Shown: piece after piece, positions 1 to 10,394 of the stretch
Numbering within the stretch: the first letter of the stretch is position 1
How the letters are laid out: every line of letters starts with the position of its first letter
Assembly: GCA_964599235.1 (NCBI GenBank)
Contig: CAZRDX010000040.1
Coordinates: 9,666-73,665 of the forward strand
Direction: 5' to 3'
Origin: an uncultured Rikenellaceae bacterium
GTDB taxonomy: Bacteria > Bacteroidota > Bacteroidia > Bacteroidales > VadinHA17
DNA: 64,000 bases
Made by a program: the position numbers and the translations under genes
The notes under the pieces: model-generated
What the model saw: only the letters and a program-made list of their open reading frames with translations
The model's database searches: none
Told to the model about the DNA's origin: nothing

Positions 1-1176
1 CTTTCGACTGCGCTGGCTGCCACGGTAGGCATGGGCAATATCAGTGGTGTGGCCATTGCCATTGCACTGGGTGGGCCTGGGGCTATCTTCTGGATGTGGG
101 TGACCGCCGTGGTGGGTATGGCCACCAAGTTTTTTACAGCCACTCTGGCGGTGATGTACCGTGGCCGGGACCGTCAGGGGGAACTACAGGGAGGTCCCAT
201 GTACGTCATCACGGTAGGTCTGGGAAGGAAGTGGCTTCCCCTGGCCGTTTTTTTCAGTCTGGCCGGGCTTTTCGGAAGTCTTCCCATATTTCAGGCCAAC
301 CAGCTGACAGCCATCCTCAATGATGTACTGTTCCCGTCGCAGGCTTCCGGTCATCCCTTTATGAACCGGTTTCTCACCGGTCTGGTGCTGACCGCCATCG
401 TGGGGGTGGTCATCTTCGGCGGGATCCGCCGTATCGCGAAAGTGACTTCACGGCTGGTTCCTTTGATGGTGCTGCTCTATTTTGCGTCGGTGCTTTTTAT
501 CCTGTTGGTCCATTACGACCGTGTTCCCGGATATCTGGCCATGATCTTCACCAATGCTTTCACTGCCGAGAATTTCCATGGTCATCCTGCCATGGGGGGG
601 GCGCTGGGCGGGCTTATCATCCTAGGAGCCAGGCGTGCGGCATTTTCCAATGAGGCGGGTATAGGCACGGCCCCCATGGCGCACGGGGCGGCCAAGACCA
701 ATGAGCCGGTGCGGGAAGGACTGGTGGCCATGCTGGGACCTGCCATTGACACCCTGGTGGTGTGTACGCTCACCGCCCTGGCCATCCTGGTGACCGATGT
801 GTGGAAGACCGGGGACGAGAATGGTATCTCCTTGACGGTCAGAGCATTCAATGAGGCCATCCCTTTTGCAGGGAGATATCTCCTCATGCTGACGGTGGTG
901 ATCTTTGCGTTGTCCACGATGTTCTCCTACGCCTATTACGGCGGAAAATGTTCCGCTTTTCTGGCCGGATCCCGTGCCCATCAGGCTTATACGGTTTTCT
1001 ACGTGGTGACGATCCTGATCGCTTCGGTGGCTTCGCTGACAGCGGTAGAGAGCCTGATCTCGGGAGCCTTTGCACTCATGGCCATTCCCACGATGGTCTC
1101 AGCCATCCTCCTGGCCCCGCGTGTGAAAGAAGCGAGCAAACGCTATTTTTCCGAAGGAAAAGACAAGGTGAGATGA
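1..1176 (+). CDS. Alanine/glycine:cation symporter (AGCS family), 5' end cut by the window edge
   Basis: The frame is open from base 1: LSTALAATVG precedes the first Met at 31. It has an ALAATVGxGNIxGVA-type AGCS signature and many hydrophobic helices. Stop is TGA 1174-1176. Confidence 0.85.
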   Translation, partial: LSTALAATVGMGNISGVAIAIALGGPGAIFWMWVTAVVGMATKFFTATLAVMYRGRDRQGELQGGPMYVITVGLGRKWLPLAVFFSLAGLFGSLPIFQANQLTAILNDVLFPSQASGHPFMNRFLTGLVLTAIVGVVIFGGIRRIAKVTSRLVPLMVLLYFASVLFILLVHYDRVPGYLAMIFTNAFTAENFHGHPAMGGALGGLIILGARRAAFSNEAGIGTAPMAHGAAKTNEPVREGLVAMLGPAIDTLVVCTLTALAILVTDVWKTGDENGISLTVRAFNEAIPFAGRYLLMLTVVIFALSTMFSYAYYGGKCSAFLAGSRAHQAYTVFYVVTILIASVASLTAVESLISGAFALMAIPTMVSAILLAPRVKEASKRYFSEGKDKVR

Positions 1177-1943
1177 TCATGATGAGAAAAGCCTCTCTTC
1201 CTTTCATCTTTCTTTTCCATTCCGTTCTTTTTCCTTTATTGCCGCAAGATCTGGAGAGAAGGGTGGGAGAGGAGCTGACCTACAGCCTCTCTTACGGCTG
1301 GATCAAAGGGGGAGAGGGTAAAGTGAGGCTGGAACGAAACGGCAAGGCAGAAATAGGGCAGTTACGAGCCGTTGCAGAAGCCCGTTCCACCGGACTGATC
1401 GGATGGCTTTATCCCGTTGAGGACCGTTATTGCGTAGTGTTCAGAGCTCCTGAGGGTTTCCCCGAAAAAGTAACACGAACGGTTAAAAAAGGAAAATACA
1501 CTTCCAGGGAGGATTGGATCTTTCTGGAAGAGAACCACAGGGTAAGAAGCTCCCGTACAGGTGATCACAGGTATGCCGTGAAGATATACGATGTACTGAC
1601 CGCATTCTATCAGGCACGTGAGCGCATCGCCTCAGAAGGCTGGCGGCTGAAAGGGGAGGTGCTGGTACTACCGCTTTTTTATGATGACAGGTTCTTTGAT
1701 CTGCGAGTACGTTATGCCGGAGATGAAACGATCCGTACTTTCCGGGGCAGAGAGCCCTGTGCGCTCTATATTCCCGTGACAGAGGGGAACGACACCTTCA
1801 CCCAGGAAGAACAGCTGCACATCTGGGTAACACGCGACACTCTGGCCTTGCCCGTGCGCATCATCGCCCGTCTCTCTTTCGGAAGCCTTCGGTGCGAACT
1901 GGAAGAGATCAGAGACATTCGGAAACAACCGAAGGGGAAATAA
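1173..1943 (+). CDS. DUF3108-like secreted protein
   Basis: ATG 1173 overlaps the upstream stop (ATGA). Signal-like N-terminus MIMMRKASLPFIFLFHSVLFPLL. LTYSLSYGWIKGGEGKV resembles the DUF3108 family. The track ORF 948-1943 is an upstream read-through; alternative starts are 1179 and 1182. Confidence 0.7.
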   Translation: MIMMRKASLPFIFLFHSVLFPLLPQDLERRVGEELTYSLSYGWIKGGEGKVRLERNGKAEIGQLRAVAEARSTGLIGWLYPVEDRYCVVFRAPEGFPEKVTRTVKKGKYTSREDWIFLEENHRVRSSRTGDHRYAVKIYDVLTAFYQARERIASEGWRLKGEVLVLPLFYDDRFFDLRVRYAGDETIRTFRGREPCALYIPVTEGNDTFTQEEQLHIWVTRDTLALPVRIIARLSFGSLRCELEEIRDIRKQPKGK

Positions 1944-1999
1944 AAATGACCTCATTGCAATATTTTTTTCAAAAACAGTATCAGGTAAGGATATTTGAT

Positions 2000-2007
2000 T
2001 ACCTTTG
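2000..2007 (+). promoter_or_regulatory. Candidate Bacteroidota -7 promoter box (TACCTTTG)
   Basis: Matches TAnnTTTG 31 nt upstream of the csp ATG at 2039. There is no clean TTTG at -33 spacing. Confidence 0.3.
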
Positions 2008-2038
2008 CACTCATTATTCATTCATTATCAATTTTATC

Positions 2039-2230
2039 ATGAAAACAGGAAAAGTAAAATTCTTTAATGAGTCCAAAGGTTATGGGTTCATTATGGATTC
2101 GGAGACAGAAACGGATTATTTTGTGCACGTTTCCGGTCTGATCGATGAGATCAGAAAAGATGACGAAGTAACTTTCGAACTGAAAGAAGGCAGGAAAGGA
2201 ATGAATGCCGTGGATGTTCGACTGGCATAA
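2039..2230 (+). CDS. Cold-shock protein, CspA family (63 aa)
   Basis: MKTGKVKFFNESKGYGFI and DYFVHVSG are the RNP1/RNP2-type cold-shock motifs. The internal ATG at 2039 gives the canonical length. Confidence 0.93.
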   Translation: MKTGKVKFFNESKGYGFIMDSETETDYFVHVSGLIDEIRKDDEVTFELKEGRKGMNAVDVRLA

Positions 2231-2251
2231 GGATTACTTCAGATGAAAAAA

Positions 2252-2275
2252 AGCCCGGCATGCCGGGCTTTTTTT
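2252..2275 (+). terminator. Rho-independent terminator after csp
   Basis: Perfect hairpin AGCCCGGCA/TGCCGGGCT followed by TTTTTT. Confidence 0.8.
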
Positions 2276-2345
2276 ATGGCTGTTTTTCCCGTGAAAGCGG
2301 AAAAATTCGTAATTTAAGTTATTCGAAAACGTCCTTTTCGATCCA

Positions 2346-3302
2346 ATGTCTGTCTCATATTCTTACATGATCGATACAGGCTGGAAGAAGATGACTGGAT
2401 TCCTTTTCCGGCCGTTCCGGCTTTCACGGTGGTTCATTGTAGGTTTTTCTGCTTTTCTGGCCTATCTGGGAGAAGGAGGATACAGTCCCAACATCAATCC
2501 CAAGGAGGTTATGGATCATAACTCCATTCAGCAGATGAAGGAGGCTTACTCAGAATTGACCTCAGCAATCCCGACGGGTACCGTTTTTCTCCTTGTTTTC
2601 GGGATATTCGTGGTGGCCATGATCATCCTTATCCTCTGGATCAGTTCCCGAGGCAAGTTCGTTTTTCTGGATAATGTAATCCATGAACATGAGCAGATCA
2701 CTGAGCCATGGAAAGAGTTCAGAAAAGAAGGGAACTCCCTTTTTCTGTGGCGTGTGGGTTTCACTTTCCTTATGCTTGCGTTCATTGGGACACTCGTCTT
2801 TTTCCTGTACAGTTACATCGAGGCCGGTGTAAACCGTGGCGAAAGCGCTCCATTCTGGATCTATCTCTCTTTTCTCGCGGTCTTTCTGGCAACTGTTCTG
2901 TATATCGACCTGTACCTCAATCATTTCGTAGTTCCTATCATGTACAAAAGAAGAACGGGTGTGTTGCGGGGCTGGCATGTTTTTCTTGAATTATGGGCCA
3001 GACATCCCTGGCCATTCCTTCTATACGGGATTATCATGCTGGGAATGGGTATCGGGGTTTTTCTTTTTGTAATGATCGCAGGTTTGCTCACCTGTTGTAT
3101 TGGTTTTATCTTCCTGGTGATCCCGTACTTCAACCGGGTCATCACATTACCATTCCTGGTGTGGTTCAGGGCAATGAGCCTTTATTTCCTTGAAGAATTC
3201 GGAGAGGAATACAAACTCCTGGAACCTGTTCCGGAAATTTCGGAGAGAAATGGAGACGAAGAAAAAGGCAGAAGCGGAACGGAAGAGATTGTCTCGCCGT
3301 GA
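2346..3302 (+). CDS. Polytopic membrane protein, family not recognised
   Basis: 318-aa ORF with several long hydrophobic segments and an acidic C-terminal tail. ATG at 2346. Confidence 0.6.
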   Translation: MSVSYSYMIDTGWKKMTGFLFRPFRLSRWFIVGFSAFLAYLGEGGYSPNINPKEVMDHNSIQQMKEAYSELTSAIPTGTVFLLVFGIFVVAMIILILWISSRGKFVFLDNVIHEHEQITEPWKEFRKEGNSLFLWRVGFTFLMLAFIGTLVFFLYSYIEAGVNRGESAPFWIYLSFLAVFLATVLYIDLYLNHFVVPIMYKRRTGVLRGWHVFLELWARHPWPFLLYGIIMLGMGIGVFLFVMIAGLLTCCIGFIFLVIPYFNRVITLPFLVWFRAMSLYFLEEFGEEYKLLEPVPEISERNGDEEKGRSGTEEIVSP

Positions 3303-3699
3303 GACATTCGTTCTCTTCACAGAGGCACTGATTCTTTTCTCTTTCCTTGTTTTCCCGTTTCTAACCGATCATGGCAGAACAGCCACGAGATGTGCTTTTC
3401 ATGAACTGACGGGGTTAAGCTGCCCGACCTGTGGCATGAGCCGTTCACTATGGGCATGGACACATCTTGAGGTCCGTGAAGCATTCATCATGCATCTTTT
3501 CGGCCCCGTAGTTTATACCACGGCTGTCATACTCTTTTTTCTTGTTCTTGGTCAGCTTCTTGCAGGAAGAAAGATCCGTCCTGATTCATTACAAAGGAAA
3601 CGCATCGGGAAACTTTTGTTTGTTTTTCTTGAAGCATGGGTTTTTTACTGGTTTCTGAGGATGCTCTTAGAATACATGAATATATGGCCTGTACAATGA
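3250..3699 (+). CDS. DUF2752 family membrane protein
   Basis: CAFHELTGLSCPTCGMSRS matches the DUF2752 Cys motif (CxxxxxTGxxCPxCGxxR). The track start 3190 is TTG and the first ATG is 3250. An in-frame TTG at 3289 is also possible. Any of these starts overlaps the upstream gene. Confidence 0.65.
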   Translation: METKKKAEAERKRLSRRETFVLFTEALILFSFLVFPFLTDHGRTATRCAFHELTGLSCPTCGMSRSLWAWTHLEVREAFIMHLFGPVVYTTAVILFFLVLGQLLAGRKIRPDSLQRKRIGKLLFVFLEAWVFYWFLRMLLEYMNIWPVQ

Positions 3700-3752
3700 A
3701 CGGCAAAAAAGAAACATAATTAATATTATGTTAACATATGATTGTTAAAAAA

Positions 3753-3780
3753 TAGAGGGGAAACTTTTGTCTCCCCTCTA
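3753..3780. terminator. Hairpin between convergent genes (bidirectional terminator candidate)
   Basis: TAGAGGGGA ... TCCCCTCTA, a 9-bp stem, lies between the stop at 3699 (+) and the stop at 3787 (-). Flanks are A/T-rich. Confidence 0.6.
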
Positions 3781-3786
3781 TCGTGT

Positions 3787-4974
3787 TTATTTTTGTTCGC
3801 CACCTGTATTTCCACCTGAGCTTTTGACTTCTTCAAGTTGCTTAACGATCTCATCGCGCTTGTCATACATATGAAGACGGTAATAGAGCACCTTCAATGT
3901 TTCGAGTGTATTGATCTCTTTGGGATCCAGTTCATGGGCTTTTTCAAGGTACGGCAGTGACTCCTTGAATTTTTCGTCTGCCTGTTTCACGCATTCCTTG
4001 TATTTCTCGTTGTCCATGATCTCGTTACACTTGTTGAACATGGTCACGCCGTCGTTGAAGATCAAAGCACCGAGGTTGTAGTATGCGTTCAGATAGTTGG
4101 GATCTTTCTCGATGGACAATTTGTAGGCGGCGATGGCTTCATCGTGTTTACCGATCTTGTCAAGTGCAAGTCCTTTGGCGAAATAGAGGGATGCATTATC
4201 CGGATCCTGTTCGAGGGCTTTGTTGATGTAATCGATGGCGGCCTGACTGTTATCTTCTACTAGGAGGTAATAGTTAATGAGTTCGAAGATGATGGACTTC
4301 TCGGTCGGCATTTTCTGGAAGCCTTCTTTCAGGATCTTCAGTCCGGTCAGTGTGTCTCCTTTTTCCAGATAAGCGTTTTTGAGCAGGACATAGATCGCAC
4401 CTCCCCCGTAGCCCATATCTTTGGCTTTGGTAAGATATTCGATGGCCTTGTTCCAGATCTTTCCGTTGTAGGCACTGAGCCCGGCATTGTAGATGATGGA
4501 AGTGTCGATCGCTCCGTTAAAGACAGGATCCTTACCCACCTGCAGGGCCAGGTCAAAGTATTCCATGGCGGCCTTATACTCTTTGTTCTTGAATTCCTCC
4601 ACAGCCTTGTTGATGAAGTCCGCATTGAGCATGGGGAGGTAAATCTCGATCGACTTATGTACCTTACCCTTTTCATCCAGCTGGATAGCTTTCTGGTAGC
4701 TTTCCCAGGCCTTTTTCAGGGGTTCGTCCACCAGCGTTTTGACCTTGGGGTCTTTCGATTCTGCGATCTTTTGCAGGATGCGCCCCTTTACGTAATAGGT
4801 TTTGTAGTAGTTCTTGGTCTTTTCGTTCTGTTCCGCAACCTGGATCGTCTGCCAGGCTTTCTCTATCTCACCGTTCTCAAGGTAAGTAAGAGCGGCTGTC
4901 ACTTTTCCTTTTTGAGCCTGGACGGCTGTGATGCTGAAGAGAAGTGCAACCAGTATTGTCGTTACTTTTCTCAT
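3787..4974 (-). CDS. Secreted tetratricopeptide-repeat (TPR) protein
   Basis: Signal peptide MRKVTTILVALLFSITAVQAQ. Repeated A..Y..AL..DP-type TPR units run through the protein. Confidence 0.8.
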   Translation of the reverse strand: MRKVTTILVALLFSITAVQAQKGKVTAALTYLENGEIEKAWQTIQVAEQNEKTKNYYKTYYVKGRILQKIAESKDPKVKTLVDEPLKKAWESYQKAIQLDEKGKVHKSIEIYLPMLNADFINKAVEEFKNKEYKAAMEYFDLALQVGKDPVFNGAIDTSIIYNAGLSAYNGKIWNKAIEYLTKAKDMGYGGGAIYVLLKNAYLEKGDTLTGLKILKEGFQKMPTEKSIIFELINYYLLVEDNSQAAIDYINKALEQDPDNASLYFAKGLALDKIGKHDEAIAAYKLSIEKDPNYLNAYYNLGALIFNDGVTMFNKCNEIMDNEKYKECVKQADEKFKESLPYLEKAHELDPKEINTLETLKVLYYRLHMYDKRDEIVKQLEEVKSSGGNTGGEQK

Positions 4975-5005
4975 TTTTAAATGGTTTAATTTACAATTCT
5001 GATAT

Positions 5006-5037
5006 CAAAATTAACTATTTTCCTCAAGTGTCGCAAA
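5006..5037 (-). promoter_or_regulatory. Bacteroidota-type promoter (TTTG-N20-TAATTTTG) for the TPR gene
   Basis: On the minus strand TTTG is at 5037-5034 and TAATTTTG at 5013-5006, 31 nt before ATG 4974. This matches the -33 TTTG / -7 TAnnTTTG consensus. Confidence 0.45.
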
Positions 5038-5066
5038 ATCTTTGCCATAATTTGTAAGGCTGCGGG

Positions 5067-7571
5067 TCATTCTGCGGCGTCCTGTTCTGTTTCCGGACTT
5101 TCTCTTTCTTCTGTTTCTTCTGTCTCCTCATCATGTTGTTCGACATAAGTCACAGCCGCTATGGAGTCGCCTTCCCGCAGGTTGATGAGGCGGACACCCT
5201 GGGTAGCCCTTCCCATGACGCGTATTTCGCTGACAGGCATTCGTATGACAACGCCGGAACGGTTGATGATCATCAGGTCGCCTGCGTCGGTGACCGCTTT
5301 CATGGCGATGAGAGCTCCTGTTTTTTCGGTGATATTGAGGGTCTTCACCCCCTTCCCTCCACGTCGTGTGATACGGTAGTCTTCCACTTCGGAGCGTTTG
5401 CCATAGCCCTTTTCAGAGACCACCAGGATGGTCTGTTCCGGTGATTCGATGCACACCATGTCGACCACCTCATCCTGTTCGTTGCTGAGCGTGATGCCAC
5501 GGACCCCGGCGGCTGTTCTGCCCATAGGCCGGACGTCCCTTTCATTGAAACGCAGGGCACGTCCCGACCGCACGGCCAGAAGGATCTCCTGCTGGCCGGT
5601 GGTGAGTGCGGCCGTGAGCAGCTGGTCCCCTTCCCGTATGGTCACCGCATTGATCCCCTTCTGTCGCGGCCGCGAGAAAGCCTCCAGAGAGGTCTTCTTG
5701 ATCACGCCCTTCTTGGTGGCCAGCATGATGTAATGCTCCCTGATGTATTCCTCATCCTTGAGCGACTTCACATTGATGTAAGCCCTCACCCGGTCGTCAG
5801 GATCCATCTGATGGAGCATGTTCTTGATGAAACGTCCCTGGGCATTTCTGCTGCCTTCGGGTATCTGCCACACTTTCAGCCAGTAACACCTCCCCTTCTC
5901 CGTAAAGAAGAGCATGGTGTTGTGCATCGTGGCCACATAGAGATGCTCTATGAAGTCCTCTTCCTTGGTGGTGCTGCCACGTGCACCGATCCCTCCCCTG
6001 CTCTGTCTGCGAAATTCGGTGAGCGGTGTACGTTTGATATAGCCCTGATGTGAGATGGTGATCACAACTTCTTCGTCGGCATAGAAATCTTCAGGGTTGA
6101 ACTCCCCTTCATCAGGTACGATGTTCGTTCTCCTTTCATCACCATATTTTTCCTTGATCTCGAGAAGTTCCTTTTTGACGATCTCCATCTGCAGTTCGGT
6201 GGAAGCAAGGACCTCTTTCATGTACCGGATCTGCTTCATCAGCTCATCGTACTCTTCCCGCAGTTTTTCCCTCTCGAGGCCTGTCAGTTTCTGCAGGCGC
6301 ATGTCAAGGATGGCGCGGGCCTGCACTTCTGACAGGTCAAAGTTGCTCATCAGTCCCTCACGTGCCTCCTCGACGGTCTTGGATGCCCGGATCAGGCGGA
6401 TCACTTCGTCGAGATGGTCGAGGGCCACCAGCAGTCCTTCAAGGATATGAGCTCTTTTCTCAGCCTGGGCCAGTTCATAGCGGGTCCTGCGAACCACCAC
6501 CTCGTGGCGGTGTTCAATGAAATAGTGTAGCAGCTCCTTGAGGTTCAGCATCTTGGGACGCCCCTTCACCAGGGCTATGCTGTTGACATTGAACGAGGAC
6601 TGCAGTTGGGTATATTTATAGAGCTGGTTGAGAACCACGCTGGCTACCGCCTCTTTTTTCAGTGTGATGACGATGCGCATCCCTTCCCTGTCCGATTCAT
6701 CGTTGACGTGAGCGATCCCTTCGATCTTTTTCTCGTTCACCAGGTCGCCGATCTTTTTGATCAGTTCGCTTTTGTTGACCATGTAGGGGATCTCTCTGAC
6801 GATGATCTCTTCACGTCCGGAAGGTTTCGTCTCGATCTCCGTTTTTGCCCTGACGACGATACGTCCTCTGCCTGTTTCATAGGCATCCTTTATACCTTGG
6901 TATCCATAGATGGTGGCACCTGTCGGGAAATCGGGACCATGAACATATTCCATCAGTTCGCCGATGGTAATGTCCGGGTCATCGATCTGTGCCACAAGGG
7001 CATCCACCACTTCCGTAAGGTTATGGGGCGGGATATTGGTTGCCATCCCCACGGCGATCCCCGAAGCGCCGTTGACCAGCAGCAGCGGGATACGCGTAGG
7101 AAGTACGGTGGGCTCCTTCAGGGTGTCATCAAAATTGAGCTGGAAATCAACCGTGTCCTTGTCAATGTCGGCCAATGCTTCTTCCGCGATCTTACGTAGG
7201 CGGACCTCCGTATATCGCATGGCTGCCGGGCTGTCTCCGTCGATGGAGCCGAAATTGCCCTGTCCGTCGATGAGCGGGTAACGCAGCGACCATTCCTGGG
7301 CCATACGTACCAGAGCATCGTACACGGAACTGTCCCCGTGAGGATGGTATTTTCCCAGCACGTCCCCCACGATCCTGGCCGACTTCTTGAACGGGCGGTT
7401 GGACAAGACGCCCATCTCGAACATCCCGTACAGCACACGGCGGTGTACCGGTTTCAATCCGTCACGTACATCGGGGAGTGCCCTCGACACGATCACCGAC
7501 ATGGAATAGTCGATGTAGGCCGACTTCATCTCCTCCTCGATGTTGATCTTGATGATGTTCTCGTCTGGCAT
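5067..7571 (-). CDS. gyrA: DNA gyrase subunit A
   Basis: N-terminus [24 protein letters not shown], active-site AAMRYTE, C-terminal beta-pinwheel repeats and an acidic tail. Confidence 0.97.
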   Translation of the reverse strand: MPDENIIKINIEEEMKSAYIDYSMSVIVSRALPDVRDGLKPVHRRVLYGMFEMGVLSNRPFKKSARIVGDVLGKYHPHGDSSVYDALVRMAQEWSLRYPLIDGQGNFGSIDGDSPAAMRYTEVRLRKIAEEALADIDKDTVDFQLNFDDTLKEPTVLPTRIPLLLVNGASGIAVGMATNIPPHNLTEVVDALVAQIDDPDITIGELMEYVHGPDFPTGATIYGYQGIKDAYETGRGRIVVRAKTEIETKPSGREEIIVREIPYMVNKSELIKKIGDLVNEKKIEGIAHVNDESDREGMRIVITLKKEAVASVVLNQLYKYTQLQSSFNVNSIALVKGRPKMLNLKELLHYFIEHRHEVVVRRTRYELAQAEKRAHILEGLLVALDHLDEVIRLIRASKTVEEAREGLMSNFDLSEVQARAILDMRLQKLTGLEREKLREEYDELMKQIRYMKEVLASTELQMEIVKKELLEIKEKYGDERRTNIVPDEGEFNPEDFYADEEVVITISHQGYIKRTPLTEFRRQSRGGIGARGSTTKEEDFIEHLYVATMHNTMLFFTEKGRCYWLKVWQIPEGSRNAQGRFIKNMLHQMDPDDRVRAYINVKSLKDEEYIREHYIMLATKKGVIKKTSLEAFSRPRQKGINAVTIREGDQLLTAALTTGQQEILLAVRSGRALRFNERDVRPMGRTAAGVRGITLSNEQDEVVDMVCIESPEQTILVVSEKGYGKRSEVEDYRITRRGGKGVKTLNITEKTGALIAMKAVTDAGDLMIINRSGVVIRMPVSEIRVMGRATQGVRLINLREGDSIAAVTYVEQHDEETEETEERESPETEQDAAE

Positions 7572-7736
7572 ATTTATTGTAAAGCTTATCTGGTTAAAAA
7601 AATACTTTTAAACGCACGAAAATAGTCAAATCTTACCGAAACGGGGACGGTGGACGCGCGGAATTATCAACAAAATACTGTTTAAAAGAAAAGAGGGTTT
7701 TGGGAGAGTGAAAAGTCCCGTTCGGTAAAGAATTCG

Positions 7737-7744
7737 TATCTTTG
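7737..7744 (+). promoter_or_regulatory. Candidate -7 promoter box (TATCTTTG) for clpC
   Basis: Matches TAnnTTTG about 60 nt upstream of ATG 7806. No TTTG at canonical -33 spacing. Confidence 0.3.
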
Positions 7745-7805
7745 AAGTACGGCAGTGGTTCTCCCTGTCGACAAGGGAGGATCGTAGGAACAGGAGGAAG
7801 ATATT

Positions 7806-10394
7806 ATGGATGGAAAGTTTTCGCAACGGCTGAAGGATGTCCTTGCATACAGTAAGGAAGAGGCCATACGTTTGGGTAATCCTTACATTGGGACGGAACA
7901 TCTTTTTTTGGGGATCCTGCGTGACGGTGAAGGGCCTGCGGTGGAGATCCTCACTTCGCTGGGTGTAGATCTGGCGGGGATGAAGCGTGTCCTGGAAGGG
8001 AGTCTGCGGAGCGACAAGCCACTCGATCCGCAGCAGGCGGAGAACATACCTTTTCTGCGGGCTTCGGAAAGAGTGCTCAAGCTCGTTCATCTGGAAGCCA
8101 TGGCCATGAAAAACGATGTGATCGATACGGGGCATCTGCTCCTGGCGATCCTGAAGGATGAGACTTCTCTGGTCACGGCCAAGCTCCATGATCAGGACAT
8201 CGACTATGAGGTGGTAAAGGATGAGATCATGGAGAAGCAGGCGGAGGCCTCGGCGGATTTTCCCGGCGAGGAGGAAGAAGAGGAAGAATCCCATGGTTTC
8301 CGCAGCGGACGGGGCTCTCAGGGCAGCGGCTCTTCCAAGCCGGCTTCTGAAACTCCCGTGCTTGACAATTTCGGCATCGACCTGACACGGGCGGCCGAAG
8401 AGGGCAGCCTCGACCCCGTGGTGGGGCGTGACAAGGAGATCGAGCGGCTGGCCCAGATCCTCTCGCGCCGCAAGAAGAACAACCCAATCCTTATCGGTGA
8501 GCCGGGTGTGGGCAAGTCGGCCATTGTTGAGGGTCTGGCCCTGCGCATTGTACAGCGCAAGGTCTCGCGAGTGCTCTTCGACAAGCGGGTGGTGACGCTC
8601 GACCTGGCCTCGATCGTGGCCGGGACGAAATACCGGGGGCAGTTCGAGGAAAGGATGAAAGCGATCCTCAACGAACTGTCGAAGAACCCGGACATCATCC
8701 TTTTCATTGACGAGATCCACACCATTGTTGGGGCCGGCGGTGCCACCGGCTCGCTCGACGCGGCCAACATGCTGAAACCGGCCCTTGCACGGGGCGAGAT
8801 CCAGTGCATCGGGGCCACCACGCTCGACGAATACCGCCAGCATATAGAAAAAGACGGTGCCTTGGAGCGTCGTTTTCAGAAGGTGATGGTGGAGCCCACC
8901 TCCATTGAGGAAACGCTCCATATCCTGCACAACATCAAAGAACGCTATGAGGATCATCACAATGTGATCTACACCGACGAGGCTTTGGAAGCCTGTGTCA
9001 AGCTCACCAACAGGTACATCTCCGACCGTCATCTGCCCGACAAGGCCATCGATGCCATGGACGAGGCAGGGTCGCGGGTCCACATCACCAACATCAAAGT
9101 TCCCGACCGCATTGTCGAACTTGAGAAGCAGCTGGAAGAGACCAAACAGAAAAAGGTAGAGGCGGTCAAGAACCAGAACTTTGAGCGGGCAGCCAACTTC
9201 CGCGACCAGGAAAAGATGCTGCTCGACCTGCTGGAGATGGAAAAAGAGAAGTGGGAAAAAGAGCTCTCCAAGAACCGTGAGGTGGTCGATGAAGAGAAGG
9301 TAGCGGAAGTGGTGGCCATGATGACGGGTGTTCCGGTGCAGCGTATCGCCCAGGCTGAGGGGATGCGTCTGCTGAAGATGGAACAGGAACTGAAGGAAAG
9401 CATCATCGGCCAGGACGAGGCGGTGCAGAAGGTGGTGAAGGCCATCCAGCGCAACCGCGCCGGACTGAAGGACCCCAACAAGCCGATCGGCTCGTTCATT
9501 TTCCTCGGTCCTACCGGCGTGGGCAAGACCCAGCTGGCCAAGGTCCTGGCCAAGTATCTGTTCGACAGCGTCGACAACCTCATCCGCATCGACATGAGCG
9601 AGTACATGGAGAAGTTCTCCGTTTCCCGTCTGGTAGGAGCTCCTCCGGGATATGTGGGTTATGAGGAAGGCGGTCAGCTCACCGAGAAAGTGCGCCGCAA
9701 GCCTTATTCGGTGGTGCTGCTCGACGAGATCGAAAAAGCTCATCCGGATGTGTACCACATCCTGCTGCAGGTGCTGGATGAGGGGCAGCTGACCGACAGT
9801 CTGGGACGTCGTGTGGATTTCCGCAACACGATCGTCATCATGACTTCGAACATCGGCACCCGTCAGCTGAAGGAGTTCGGTCAGGGTGTGGGTTTCAGTA
9901 CGAAGGCCCGTGAGGAGAGCCGGGATGAACATTTCAAGAGCATCATCCAGAAGGCGCTGAAGAAAACCTTCGCGCCGGAGTTCCTCAACCGTGTCGATGA
10001 TGTGGTGATGTTCAACTCGCTCTCGCGCGAGAACATTCTGAAGATCATCGACATCGAGCTGGAAGGTCTGCGCAGCCGCATCACCGGACTGGGTTACGAG
10101 TTCCGTATCTCGTCGGCTGCCAAGAACTTCCTGGCCGAGAAAGGTTATGATGTGCAGTACGGGGCCCGTCCCCTCAAACGGGCCATCCAGAAGTATCTGG
10201 AAGATCCGATGGCCGAAGCCATCATCAAGGCCGACATCCAGGAGGGCGATGCCATTGTCGTTGGATACGACAAGAAAAAGGACGGCATCACCATCCGGAC
10301 GGAAAAAAAGAAAAAGAAGGAAGAAAAAGAGAAAAGCGGTGATGCCGGCAAGGGCATGAAGGAACGAGGGGATGTGGATGCAGCGAAGAGCTAG
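7806..10394 (+). CDS. clpC: ATP-dependent Clp protease ATP-binding subunit, ClpC type
   Basis: Clp_N repeats at the N-terminus; Walker A GEPGVGKS and GPTGVGKT in two AAA+ modules; a UVR-like linker ([14 protein letters not shown]). A VGF loop (GQGVGFS) is expected for ClpP docking. Lys/Glu-rich tail. Confidence 0.93.
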   Translation: MDGKFSQRLKDVLAYSKEEAIRLGNPYIGTEHLFLGILRDGEGPAVEILTSLGVDLAGMKRVLEGSLRSDKPLDPQQAENIPFLRASERVLKLVHLEAMAMKNDVIDTGHLLLAILKDETSLVTAKLHDQDIDYEVVKDEIMEKQAEASADFPGEEEEEEESHGFRSGRGSQGSGSSKPASETPVLDNFGIDLTRAAEEGSLDPVVGRDKEIERLAQILSRRKKNNPILIGEPGVGKSAIVEGLALRIVQRKVSRVLFDKRVVTLDLASIVAGTKYRGQFEERMKAILNELSKNPDIILFIDEIHTIVGAGGATGSLDAANMLKPALARGEIQCIGATTLDEYRQHIEKDGALERRFQKVMVEPTSIEETLHILHNIKERYEDHHNVIYTDEALEACVKLTNRYISDRHLPDKAIDAMDEAGSRVHITNIKVPDRIVELEKQLEETKQKKVEAVKNQNFERAANFRDQEKMLLDLLEMEKEKWEKELSKNREVVDEEKVAEVVAMMTGVPVQRIAQAEGMRLLKMEQELKESIIGQDEAVQKVVKAIQRNRAGLKDPNKPIGSFIFLGPTGVGKTQLAKVLAKYLFDSVDNLIRIDMSEYMEKFSVSRLVGAPPGYVGYEEGGQLTEKVRRKPYSVVLLDEIEKAHPDVYHILLQVLDEGQLTDSLGRRVDFRNTIVIMTSNIGTRQLKEFGQGVGFSTKAREESRDEHFKSIIQKALKKTFAPEFLNRVDDVVMFNSLSRENILKIIDIELEGLRSRITGLGYEFRISSAAKNFLAEKGYDVQYGARPLKRAIQKYLEDPMAEAIIKADIQEGDAIVVGYDKKKDGITIRTEKKKKKEEKEKSGDAGKGMKERGDVDAAKS

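Noticed and set aside
7626-9932. 768-aa ORF antisense to clpC, the longest minus-strand ORF in this part of the track
   Set aside because: It lies in the codon-aligned antisense frame of a confidently identified clpC. It stays open because clpC lacks TTA/CTA/TCA codons. Its translation is low-complexity (Leu/His/Val/Gly/Arg-rich) with no recognisable motif, and it also runs through the gyrA-clpC promoter region.
10270-10391. A/G-rich low-complexity stretch (aaaaagaaaaagaaggaagaaaaagagaaaag) that looks like a simple repeat
   Set aside because: It is in frame within clpC and encodes its Lys/Glu-rich C-terminal tail. A similar K/E-rich coding tail occurs in pyrG (39717-39790), and yidC carries a basic one. 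It is not a non-coding repeat or an array.
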